A stretch of DNA of 64,000 nucleotides from the NCBI RefSeq assembly GCF_964355755.1, contig NC_092672.1, positions 11,718,001 through 11,782,000 of the forward strand, written 5' to 3'. The stretch's first letter is position 1. Every line of letters starts with the position of its first letter. This DNA is from Antedon mediterranea. Its lineage: Eukaryota > Animalia > Echinodermata. The notes under the pieces are model-generated. The model searched no databases, was not told the origin of the DNA, and saw nothing but the letters and a program-made list of their open reading frames with translations. The position numbers were made by a program, and so were the translations under genes. Shown piece after piece: positions 52,181 through 64,000 of the stretch.

Positions 52181-53305
52181 AGGTGACAAGTAACTAATAA
52201 GAAACTGGTACCATATAAATCAGGCGAGTAAGTGATTAGAAACAGGATCCATAGAAATCAGATGACTATTGATTTGAGAATTGGCACCATAGAAATCAGG
52301 TGACCACTGAGTAGAAACTGGCACCTTAGAAAACAGGTATTAACTACTGATTAGAGACTGGCACCATATAAATCAGGTGAATACTTATTAGAGACTGACA
52401 CCATAGCAAGCAGGTGACTACTGATTATAAACTGGCACCAAAGAAATAAGGTGACTACTGATTAGAGGCTGTTACCAAAGTAATTAGGTGACTAATGAAT
52501 AGAACTGGCAACATATAAATCAGGTGACTACTGATTAGAAATGGCACTATATAAATCAGGTAACTACTGATTAGAAATGACACCATATAAATCAGGTTAC
52601 TGAATATAGACTGGTACCATATAAATCAGGTTACTATTGATTAGAAACTAACACCATAGAAAGCAGGTGACTACTGATTAGAAACTGAAACCATAGAAAG
52701 CAGGTGACTGCTGATTAGAACTGGCACCATATAAATCAGGTGACTACTGATAAGAACTGGCACCATATAAATCAGGTGACTACTGATAAGAACTGGCACC
52801 ATATAAATCAGGTGACTACTGATTAGAAATGGTACCATATAAATCAGGTTACTACTGATTAGAGACTGGTACCATAGAAAACAGGTGACTATTTATTAGA
52901 AACTGGCACCATATAAAGCAGGTGACTAATACTGATTATAAACTGGCACCAACGTGCACCATATAACTTAGGTGACTACTGATTAGAAACTGGCACCATA
53001 AAAAGTAGGCGAATTGTGAAAATGCTTTATTGTTTTATTATGTACAACAATTACTTGTTTATTCTTGAAAATTTGATTGATGTTTCTGTTAGTTTTTTGT
53101 TTTAAAATATTGTATTTGTTAATCTGAGGCGCTTTGAAGCTAAGGTGGTTCCATCTTGTAAGGCGCCTGTGTGTAATATACTGAATAACAAAAAAAGGTA
53201 TGTGACTACTGATTAGAAACTGACACCATATACAGCAGGTGACTGCTGATTAGAAACTGGTACCATAGAAAGCAGGTGAATAATACTGATTAGAAACTGC
53301 CACCA
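52181..53305. repeat. 36-37 bp minisatellite (~22 + 3 units) interrupted at ~53011-53201
   Basis: Consensus aggtgactactgattagaaactggcaccatataaatc in contiguous units with no unique spacers. Confidence 0.95.
53011..53197 (+). mobile_element. Probable L2-type 3' end inserted in the minisatellite
   Basis: T-rich UTR-like tract, then tgaggcgctttgaag...aaggcgcctgtgtgtaat and an A-rich tail. Confidence 0.5.
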
Positions 53306-54794
53306 GAGCTAGTGAATAGTGACTGATGGTAAAACATAGTAAAAGACAGTAATATAGAAAAATACGGTAGTATAGCAATTTAATAGAGAAGTGACAACTA
53401 GAAGATTGTTATTATAAGTACTAGATTGTGAGTAAAATATTATTGAACTCTGATATAACAGTTATGGTCTACAAATAATGATATAAAGGACACATTATTA
53501 ACTTTAAACATTAAATTATCACTTACCTTACTTTCTTTTAAAAAAATACAAAAAATACTTAATCAATCAATATTCATTAGATAGCTAATAACTTTGCTCC
53601 TATGGAATTTATCTTACTTGTTCTTTCTATTGATATTCAACTAAAATCTGTTTGGCCTTTTTTGTTTGTTTTTTTTTAGAAAGCAGTTTTACGTTACCAT
53701 GCACAATGTAATGTCTTTTGGTATATCATCCTTAAAGCCTTTTTTTGGCTTATTTGAGATTCCACACATAAACTAAGACTTATCCATTTTTTTTCATTTT
53801 TTTTCTTGATCTTTTATTTAATTTATGTAGAACAATAAAAAAAAATAATAATAATAATACTGTAAAATAGTACGGTAATTAATTTTAATGAACCTAACAA
53901 ATAGACTTTCTTATAATGTACTTCTAAATCAACTTATGCTAAGATATCGATGAATACATTTTAATTTTAACGTTCCTGAATAAACTATTACTTATTGACA
54001 AGCAATGAGTGTGTTTACCATGTTCTCTTTTAAATGGAAACTTAATGTATCGCATTACACTTGTCTTCTACGATTACTGCACTGCTCTAATAATAATATC
54101 CTGAGAATCAATTATCGATTTTGCACAATTCTCAATATTTGAATAACCATAATCATAAAGTTGTTGGAAGTAAAGAAAGAATTGCTTGAAGAGTTTTGCT
54201 AATGGAAGGACAATCTAGTGACGCTGCGCATTGCAGCTAATCATTGACATTGATGATCAGTTCTACATAGATTCAATTAATGCCATTTCATCTCTTTTCA
54301 TTGCTAATCAGTAATTAATACCTCGAGGGAAAGAAACAAAATCCTGAAACGCTCCAGGTGTCTTAGCTCTTAATATTTTATGTGTAATGAATTTCTATTC
54401 ACACTAAAAACTACTTCTGCATTAAAACATAATCTTTAGAAAGAAGTATACTTATGAATATCATTTCTCAAAAATGTCAATAGCTGCACTAGAAAATATG
54501 AATCATTTTCGTAAGCCTTTTATAGCTTGGGAATATTCCCAATACAACGGGAATAAACTATTCCTTTTCTTTAGTAGGCCTACGTGAAGTAAAATCTCCC
54601 AAATGTACACTTGTTATACAATGTATATATTATACACAGGAAGAAGACATTAATTTCAATTTATTAAGAGAATAACATTAACTGATTTTATTTTATATTA
54701 TTCATTTTCTTAATTATGCGTCTGTTATGATTATAGCTTATTTTTTTATGTAACAATAATTTTTTTTTGGCGGGAAGGAATTAGTTTGCATTAC

Positions 54795-55303
54795 CGATGT
54801 ATTGTCCCTTAAACACACAAAAATGAAGGTAAACATATTCTAAGTAGAAGTGGCCATATCAAAGTAATATTAAAGTTATTCACTTTAAGTTGAAAATTCG
54901 AGCTAAAAACAACAAGTTTACGTAATTAACAGGTAAATTAGTTTGAATACATTTCATCTGAAAAATCGTCGCGAGCGAAAGTAAACACAGATTTCAAACC
55001 ATAAGTACGCATTATGCATATGCTAATTAGGATTGTTTACAACTCGTCATGGTTGAGAAGGTATTTTCACACAGATCATAAGGAAGTTTTATGATTTTGC
55101 ATACAGAGTAGCCAAACAAGCGCGTTTCATTATGAGTTATTTTTTTAACAAAAAAAAGTCTGTATTTCAGTTAAATTATTTTTTTTTTTCGAAACATTTT
55201 TGGTGATAGTTAATAATTATTATGATACTTCAAAATGAGCCACCTTTTTTCGAAATCTTTTATTTTTAATTTTTTCGGAATTAGTCAAAGGGACAATATA
55301 TCT
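54795..55303. mobile_element. Kolobok-like element, inverted copy of 32234-32754
   Basis: gatgtattgtccc ... gggacaatatatct|TTAA; internal sequence is colinear with the reverse complement of 32234-32754. Confidence 0.85.
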
Positions 55304-56900
55304 TTAAAATAAAACAAATAATGCGTCAATCTAAAGAACGCCCTCTGGCTCTTAGACATCACATTATCTCAACGAAATTAATCAACGGAAGCCTGTGTCA
55401 ACATGTTGATGTGAAAGATAGTTTTGCTTCTGGTAAGAATATTACTTTTAATTATTTTTATTTTTGAACGAGTGAGATAAAAAGAAAAGTTTAGGCCTAA
55501 ATTGTCTATACGCACATGATTCAAGGGTTCGATGTAAGTCATTATTACCATGAACGGAAAACACACTAGTACAAATATCTTTATTAACAATCAAAAGAAA
55601 ATTTCAAAAAAAAAATGTCTGATATTTAAATACAATGTTACCAGTACCATAAGACTATCCGGTTATAGCATCGTGTGTATCACATGTGGGGCCTGTATCA
55701 AGTCAGTTTAGGTACATATAGAACACAAGTGATACTGTATTGCCGACTACTATTCTTATGATGGAGACATTTAAATACAGTACATCGGGTATAATAATCT
55801 AATATAGAATTCTACATTAAAGGCGCTTTGCTGCCAATGTTTTGTACTGAACTCTCTTTCCTTTATTACTTTATATAATGGCAAACCATCCTCATGAGTT
55901 TTAATTCATGAATAATGATATAGTTAAGATAAATTATTGTAATCGTATATTAATGACATGAATTACATATACAATTGAGCGCTCCACAAATTATGGCCAT
56001 CGTTTTGGTGATTTGCATACTGTAGATGTAAGATGTGTCGTATGTCACAATTATAATTGATCAATTGCATATTGTTCATCTAAAATTTAGCCATTTGCGA
56101 TAAGAACATGCTAAACCGCTAAATAAAGAAAAATATGCTGTATTAATAATATAATCAACATACATTATTTTAGATGATAAATCTTCTGACGAAGGCTATT
56201 GATGTACATTGTACGGTATTTCTTTCATTTTAACTGTCGAGAACTATTAGAGAAATGGATATAATATTTTTAATCTTCTTGATTTTTGTCAAGGTTAAGA
56301 AAATGTTTTTTAATATCCGTAAACACCAGTCAATGAATTAATACGGAAAAGAAATATAAATATTACTATGCACTAATGGACATGTGTAGCCTAGAACATA
56401 TTTTTTGAAATTAGACTATGCAGAACTGATGCATGTACGAGTTTAATTAATTACTATAAATAGTGTTAAAAGGTATCATAAGCTATTTTTAAATGTTTTT
56501 ATTGTGCACAGAATAACCAGTTTGACTCGACAGGGAGCGTTATAAAAATTAAAGGTTGGATATGGGACCAACTAAAGCCAAGATATGCCCTATTAAACAA
56601 ATCATATACATTATACTATTATTCGAGGTTTTTTTAACAAAATAATTCAAACAACATTGTTATAATTAGAGTTTCTAGAGCTGGTAGTATTGCTCTATGA
56701 TTCATAGTAAACATATCTGTCCTGGTATAAGTTAATATGCATACACATGGCGAAAAGACGAATACAATATTTATATATTTGTTTTGTATTGTGTATTTGT
56801 TAATCATGCATTCAATATTCGAATAAAGTGCACTACATACATTGTAATAATTATTGAGTAACACAACATACAAAACAAAATGGATAATATAATATAACAC

Positions 56901-57432
56901 GTGTTTCGTCGAGTGACCAAGAAGACAAATCGTAAATAAGAATTGGATGAATAAATCAGTACTTACACATCGTAATACCTATTAATATTTAGTGTTGACA
57001 ATAAAATGTAATTTATGTTATAGCTTCATAATGTATATCCTACTGTATTTTATTTTTCTTTCATTAAACAATTTCTTCTTATTCATTTCGAATAACACAA
57101 GACATCGTATCATACATTCAAAGGAAAAATGATACTTCTATTATTATTTCGAATGTTTATTCCTCTACTGCAAAACAAAGCCCCACGATAATACTAGTGA
57201 TAAAAAACGATCGCTCAAGTGTTATGGCGTTGAACCGATAATAACACAAGACGTCAACAAGTTTACGAGACAATTTCATATTTTACGGTTTATTAATATT
57301 CAATTCATTAGGATTCTGCAAGCAACTTTGTTAGTCCAATAAAACAACATAAGAACGTGGCTAATTATATAGCATGTGTTTCGTGGAGCAGTCAAAAAGA
57401 CTAGTCGTAAAATAAGAATTGGATGAATAAAT
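56901..57432. repeat. ~56-bp direct repeat pair 475 bp apart
   Basis: gtgtttcgt.gag...caa.aagac.a.tcgtaaa(a)taagaattggatgaataaat at 56901-56956 and 57376-57432. Confidence 0.8.
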
Positions 57433-57982
57433 TATTAGGTCAACTTTTAAAGAAGGCATATTATACACGTATATGTGTTGAAGTCGAAACATTTACCACT
57501 CGGTTCTGTAAGCGAATTATAAATGCGTGCTGCATACAAAGTCAAAGTGACCAATATCACAGCAATTCTTGTTCACGAGAAAATTGGTTTTTTAAGCTTA
57601 AATTCTTAAGATAAAAAACAAACACCAATTCATAGTTTAAAAAATAAAACAAAAATTTGATTTGATTAAGGTATACCCTATGCTAAATTCATGAAAAAAT
57701 TACAGGTAGGACACTCGAAGTGTTGACTAAATGAAAGAAAATTAAACGCCATTTCATAGTATAAAAAAGAAGAGGTAATACACAACGGATTTAATACATG
57801 CAATAGGCTGCCTAAAAAAGTGTATTGAAGTTGAAATCATTATTATTTTACTGCAGTATTATATGCCTACAGAAGCGACTATTACAGATCTACCTGAATC
57901 TGAAAACGCAGCTATTTTTTAGTCTTGCTTTGTGAATATCAACATCAAAAAAGAATCTGCAGGCCTAGGAACAGTAATATAT

Positions 57983-58112
57983 AAGATTCCAACTAGAATG
58001 CAAATCAACGCAAGGACGTACGATGTAACGTACATGTAAGTGATTTGACCAATCACTAGAAATGGGTTATTCGAACTGCCGCTTTTTTGTTTGCAATGCG
58101 TTCTAGTGGGAA
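57983..58112. mobile_element. Degraded copy of the 25648 Harbinger MITE
   Basis: ttccaactagaa..caacgcaaggacg..ttgaccaatcac..atgg.ttattcg..gttctagtgggaa. Confidence 0.75.
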
Positions 58113-60710
58113 ATAAGGATCACTGGCCAACGAATTTTAGTGAATTCTTCCCAAGCAGACTAGATGTCTACTTAAAAATAATTATTTAGTTCCTGACCCC
58201 GACTTAAAAGAAGATTTACCTTATACCGTAGGTCTATAGATATTCTATTTACCAGGAAAGAATTTGATGGTAATGATCGCATTTAAAACACTACAAAAAG
58301 AAATAAAAAGGGGTGAATTCTCACAAAACTATGCTAAAAAAACATTACAATGCGATGCTGCGTTTAGAATCAAGCTATCCTAATAGGTAATGCAGTGGTT
58401 AGCTAATTGAACTAACTACTTAAGGTGTACTTCGTAGAGCTTTAAATTAGTTTGGAGAAAACACAATGTGTGGATTTTGAAATAAAACGCCTTGCTTATT
58501 AATTCTATGCAAGAACAACTTTCTATTATGATTGATAAGTGCTAACAAAGAGTAAATAATTACTATATGACTGATTGTACATGGTATTTGTTGTGTCAGA
58601 GAACAGTCCATCGTTCATACAAAATATCACTTTCATTACGGTACATTTTAATGCATTATATGGGTCAGACGACAGAGGTTTACCATTAAGCCTCTGGTCA
58701 CGATTTGGCGAAAACGTCACGTATGGAAATGTACGTTATTGAGACAAAGGTAGTGTGGAGCTGAATAACAATTTAGCAATAATTTAAATATAGGCCTCTG
58801 TACAAAAAAAGTATTGAGTATAGAGAGTGTGACGGCACAATTATCAGGTACTACAAGACTTTGTCGCTGCTTTTACGACGTTTGATAATTACTAGTAGTG
58901 CAACAATAGCAGCTCCCTAAAAGAGCAGAATTGAACTAAGGGCGCATTTTTACATAAAAGATTAAAAGTGCTCTTCTAAATTTCAAATTTCAGTTAAAAA
59001 GGTGTAAAAACAAAATCACTCAAATAAAAAAATATTGATTAAACTTTGTATAATTGTATTCAACTTCAACTATAAAACATTATATTACTATTCAATTCAA
59101 CTGCTGAAATAGTGGATGGCATTTGCCAGTATCTGCACTTTTAGAATGTAGCAATACTGATATCTACGAACATAAAGTTGTATCTAAATGTAAATATTCC
59201 AATTAATCGAATATTTTAATTACATGATAATATAAGGCCATGAAAACTAATCATCTACAAAGGAACATTTATAGTCGTCATTTCCTTTACTATGTAGAAC
59301 TTCATCTGCGTATTTAGCGCTATAAATCGCACATTGGTGTTGGTCACATTCAAGCAGATAAGATTCTCTTTTATTTCCCAACTAGTCACTTTGCCGGGTG
59401 AAATTATTTCTTTTCCTGTTAGGTTAAGGCAGAAACTATAGAGGGCCTGAATCCATACATGAATATCCATGATGAGACGGCAAACACTGAAAATACTTTC
59501 AACGCGGTAACCGAAAATGATCTCTCGTCGCGCTGCTAGGGTAGCTGCTGCAAAAACACTCACCGAACATGGTAGACGTCGCACGTACGTAAAATATTGA
59601 GTGTAAATGAAATGGATTAAGAATTTGGCACTAAAATGACATACATGTTTCATGTTAGTCTAACATTGTACCCTTAGATATAACATTAACATGAATTATT
59701 CCCTATATATGTACACATAGGACAATCTTTTAAAAGAACTGCTAATGCAAAAACAAAATAAATAAAATAAAAACGTTATAATATATATTTTGCTTATGTT
59801 TCTAAAATCTTTTTTTTTTTTTACATTTAACAATGTACATATTAAATGAATTAATGAATTAACTCACACATAACCTTAGAATAAATTTTGATTATGTTAT
59901 ATTAGGTTTAATTTTAGACTAATATTAGATTCTGCCAAAAAAGGAAAGACAATTAATTTAGCAACCCGACAACGTCAGGATAGGCCTATAGGTAGCGTAC
60001 GATGTTCTTTACCAGCTAGGCCTACAAAACTAAGCCAAACCAATCTAGGCTTAGAAACGTCTCCGAGAGAACATTCGACGCGAGCTATACTGTGCATTGT
60101 TTTTCTCTTTTTATCATAATTTACCTTAATAAAACGCACGTTTAAGACAAGAAATTACCTGGTTTAATGTTTTTAAAGTTATATGAATTATTTTTACAAA
60201 ACGTCAAAAACAACATCGAGAGAAAAAGAGTACTGTAACTACTATCTGCACTGCATCACAGACAGTGTTTTGCAGGTATGACGTCATGAGCTCAGGCATG
60301 CATCATGAATATTCAGTTTATAGTTTCTGCCTTAACCTAATAGGAAAAATGTGGCCGGGTGGCCAATACGTTTTGCGGAATTATGTTCCATTATTGAAGA
60401 ACTAAAAGTATAATTTGAAATTAGTCATACAGCTTTGTAGGATAATGTGAGCAAAATAACACTGATAACGGCATTTCGGTAATACCGGTAATATTCATAT
60501 ACTTCAAATGAAATACAAAGGCGAAGATCGAATCTATCTCTTGCTGCAATTGTGACTTGTTTAACATGCAGGTGTTTTATTTTTTTACATCATGTGAATT
60601 AATTGCTATGATATTTTGTTAATCGATATTTGGTATTTGTCAAATAGATTCAAGCATTATTCTACGAATGAATTGTTTCCATAAATGTTTGATCTATATT
60701 TATTCATGTG

Positions 60711-60732
60711 TTCTTCATTCTTTCTTCTTCAG
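60711..60732 (+). promoter_or_regulatory. 3' splice acceptor just upstream of the gene 2 start codon
   Basis: ttcttcattctttcttcttcAG, 17 nt before ATG 60750; implies an upstream non-coding exon. Confidence 0.7.
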
Positions 60733-60749
60733 GAAGAGGCACTACAGGC

Positions 60750-62090
60750 ATGGCCGTGTTTATGACTGTTGTTTTACTATTCGCGTATTGCGTTTCTCAA
60801 AGTGAATGTACTACTATTGTCAGAGGCCCGGAGGATGCTGAATACATTGAAGGAAATGAATTAGCTTACATTTTTTGTATTTTACAAGGTTATAACGAAA
60901 TGGATGACATATTTTGGGAGAAAGATGGAGTAAGAATCGAAAATTCACAAAAATATGTATACAATGTGGATTATGCGAATAATATTTTTGGTATTTTTAT
61001 TAAAGGAATAGAGCGGTCTGATCGGGGTGAGTATAACTGTGCTGTTTTTGTTGAAAAAACTGAAGAAACTGTGGAATCTGAACCAGCTGTTCTGACCATT
61101 CACGAAATTCCACCTGAGCGTTATCCAAGGATTGAAACAATGGAACCTTACAAAGCTGGTGATTCGGCAGTCATATCGTGTATTTCTGAATATACTAATC
61201 CTAGACCCGAACTTGCGCTCTATCGTTCTGGAAATAACAAGCCGCTTCTTGCCATGACTATCATAGATGAAGGAATTAATATAATAAAAATTACTTACTC
61301 ATTCACGCCAACAATAGATGACAATAATTCGAAATTCTGTTGTAAACTAACTATTCCAAGACTTGCATTTGTACGATACGGTAATAACGTTACGATAGAT
61401 GTTCAGTTCGCGCCTGTATTATCTATTAAACACGAGGAGGTTCTTGAAAGTGGAAAAATAGCGGTCCTTATATGTGAAACAACTGAGTCAAATCCAGAAG
61501 CAAGGGATTATGAATGGAGTCACAAGGATGGCCAACTTTTTACTGATAATTTTAGCGCTAATGGGAAAATTATGCGCATTAAAAATCCCACGCAGTATTT
61601 AAATGGTACCGTTTTAGTTTGTTCTGCAAGGAACTCAATAGGAATTGCAATAACAGAAGTTACACTATACGTGGAAAAAGGAGGTATGTCTGGTTCAGAT
61701 CGTCCGTCAACAATTGCTGGTTCAGCCGAACAAAACGGACAAAAAAGCATGGATATTTTGTTAAAGACTGTTATAATTGCTGGAATAATCACAATAAGTG
61801 TTATAACATTGTTAGTGTTACCGTTATGTTTACATCACGTGTGTATCAACCGTCATGCGATTGACTCTTTGGGCAGAAAAATATCACAGCCTCAAATATA
61901 TTTTGAAGCTAACGACCGTGTGCTTCCGACCCCACCGGAAAATATGGAAAACTACACGTGGAAAAGATCTTTAGCCGTGCAGGTTCCAGATGATTTGGAA
62001 ATAGATATCGAAATGGTTTATCAAGAAATATCAGATAAATGTCGAAGCAGTCGCAACACACTTGCAAAAAATACGTCCACTTATAGTTAG
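60750..62090 (+). CDS. Type I transmembrane Ig-superfamily protein with 3 Ig domains, single coding exon; paralog of 7687-9027
   Basis: Within ORF 60708-62090. ATG 60750 gives signal peptide MAVFMTVVLLFAYCVSQSEC. Ig motifs: IFC..IFWEKDG..SDRGEYNC; ISC..DDNNSKFCC; LIC..YEW..LNGTVLVCSARNSIG. TM TVIIAGIITISVITLLVLPLCL; tail homologous to gene 1. Confidence 0.93.
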   Translation: MAVFMTVVLLFAYCVSQSECTTIVRGPEDAEYIEGNELAYIFCILQGYNEMDDIFWEKDGVRIENSQKYVYNVDYANNIFGIFIKGIERSDRGEYNCAVFVEKTEETVESEPAVLTIHEIPPERYPRIETMEPYKAGDSAVISCISEYTNPRPELALYRSGNNKPLLAMTIIDEGINIIKITYSFTPTIDDNNSKFCCKLTIPRLAFVRYGNNVTIDVQFAPVLSIKHEEVLESGKIAVLICETTESNPEARDYEWSHKDGQLFTDNFSANGKIMRIKNPTQYLNGTVLVCSARNSIGIAITEVTLYVEKGGMSGSDRPSTIAGSAEQNGQKSMDILLKTVIIAGIITISVITLLVLPLCLHHVCINRHAIDSLGRKISQPQIYFEANDRVLPTPPENMENYTWKRSLAVQVPDDLEIDIEMVYQEISDKCRSSRNTLAKNTSTYS

Positions 62091-63143
62091 TGTAATTACA
62101 TAAGATGGGTAGTTTTGTTTAGTGTCTTTTTTTATCACTCCTTATACTGTACAATTAACAGATGGGGATTTAAATCAATGTAAGTAAGTGTTACTGTAAT
62201 AGGAGGCATCCATCAATTCTGTTACGCAAAAAAAACAAACATAGAACCAATAGATTAACATACATTATTTATAAGAATTCAACGTTTACGAATTATGCTA
62301 TGTCATCACGTGATATGCAGTCTCTTAATTAATGTTGTTTTGACACACGTATAACACATTAGATTATTGTAATGTTTGCAGAAATTAGATGTTCACAGTA
62401 CTGGCTCAAAGTTCAACATGGTTGGGAGAAACAATGTATGGGTTGCCAAACGATACCTGAAAAAAATTTACTGTTTTTTCTTTCAATAATACTGTTTTCC
62501 ATTCAACGAATGTAAAATATTGGTGTTATAACCACGTATTGTCCTGCAGTGAATCTGTATATAATTAATCAACACAAATCTTTCTGCTTTCTCATTGAAT
62601 CGGATAGTAAATGCTAGGCTATGACAAACTTACGAAACTCAACATTTGGTCCCGGAGAAGAGCAACTACTGACAACACTTCATAATGTGCTTTGGCCTAT
62701 ATCGCTTGGCACGAAAATCTAAAAATATTTTACAGAACTGTATACTGATAAATGTAATAAACTAAACAACAATGTTATACAACAAAATCAAAACGATAAG
62801 GATGTTATTTCATTATAATATTTTGTAGAATAAGCATCATATCAATTGTTAACTCATAATTATACAACGGATTACAAGCTAATTTTCTAATACTTTTTTC
62901 ATTTAATTTTGTTTATTGAATGAATGACTTTATCTGAGTAATGTATGTGTGTATTGTATCTATTCCAGTATACAGATTTTGTTTTTGTTGAATAATTCAT
63001 ACATAACGAAGGAGGATAATTATATATATAATTATGAACAAGTCATAGATACACAGGATGATTCATTATATACACCAGTCAATTGCAATTATATATTTGT
63101 ATAATTGCATTTAGCACGAAAAAAAAAACCAGTTGATCTTGAT

Positions 63144-63147
<4 letters not shown>

Positions 63148-63191
<44 letters not shown>
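63148..63191. repeat. (TA)n microsatellite
   Basis: Pure run abutting a family A repeat. Confidence 0.97.
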
Positions 63192-63194
<3 letters not shown>

Positions 63195-63355
63195 AAATCA
63201 GGCACAGAACATTAATTCTAAACCGCCCGGTGATATACTGAAATGTAATTAATTAATTTGAAACGATAAAGATGAGGAAATCTGTGAGAATGAGAAAAAG
63301 TCGCCCCAACCGAGACTCGAACTCGGACCGCCTGCTTGATATGCAGATGTCCTAT
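63192..63355 (-). mobile_element. tRNA-containing repeat family A, flanked by TA runs on both sides
   Basis: Near-identical reverse complement of 39042-39204. Confidence 0.88.
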
Positions 63356-63979
63356 ATACATATATAGTTCAACAATGTTACTACCCTGTTACTCACAGCG
63401 TTAGTAGGGATCCACATCATTTACTATACTTTATTTATTTCTACGGAAAAACTAAAAAAAAACGAATGTACGTATGCGCAGTTAAAAAAAAGAGAAAACT
63501 CAGATTTCTATCAACAAACAATTAGTGTTTATATTCCCATCGGGCAGATCCAAGTGGACTCACGTCTGGGAAAATTATGTTCAAGCCGTTGATTTCAAGT
63601 CGTTTATAACCCGTATTTTTCAAAACCATGTTTTGCTCGAGACTGGGTATATGATTTGTAGTTTGATAGCTTGACATTAATTTAATATATTTACTGAAGT
63701 CCTAGCTAATGTAATTTGTCAATGTTTTTAACACTTACTATAATTTCTTATCTAAACACGTCTCCAGCATCAACAGCAAAACTATTGTCGATATAAATAT
63801 TCTGTTCTGTGTATAATTTGTATATAGTTTGAACAAATTGATATTGTAATTTATTATTAAAGATAGGGAATAACTTTGGCATTTTATTCTTCTTGTGTTT
63901 AATTCATTACTGAGTTTGCTCGTAAACATGTTGTGACTTCCACCACTTCCGCAAAAACAATGTAACTGTTGTTCTTTAA

Positions 63980-64000
63980 AGATGTATTGACTCCAAAATA
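63980..64000. mobile_element. Possible terminus of a third Kolobok-like copy, truncated by the window end
   Basis: TTAA|AGATGTATTG matches the family TIR. Confidence 0.4.

Noticed and set aside
52181-53305. CRISPR-like 36-37 bp periodicity
   Set aside because: Units are contiguous with no unique spacers, there are no cas genes, and the context is eukaryotic
61520-61864. ORFs overlapping gene 2 (and 8822-9043 in gene 1)
   Set aside because: Shadow frames of the real CDS

Overview
AT-rich eukaryotic (animal) genomic DNA; the repeat content suggests a marine invertebrate, but the species cannot be determined from sequence alone. Only two intact genes are supported: paralogous, same-strand, single-coding-exon type I membrane proteins with a signal peptide, three Ig-like domains, a TM helix and a shared cytoplasmic tail (about 7687-9027 and 60750-62090). 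A possible decayed third paralog lies near 19.2-19.8 kb. The rest is repeat-rich. It holds LINE fragments (CR1, L2/Crack-like, L1/Tx1-like), a Penelope GIY-YIG fragment missed by the ORF track, Nin/Deu-type SINEs, a tRNA-containing repeat associated with (TA)n, Harbinger- and Kolobok-like MITEs, Helentron-like HINEs, a 2.4-kb long-TIR element, a 37-bp minisatellite and microsatellites. The best leads are (i) the intronless Ig-receptor pair with divergent ectodomains but conserved LC8-like and YxxI tail motifs, (ii) direct evidence that the over-represented 8-mer TAGGCCTA arises from TA sites as a scar, and (iii) a compensatory stem-loop shared by a SINE tail and an L2-type LINE tail. All alignments and counts were made by eye.
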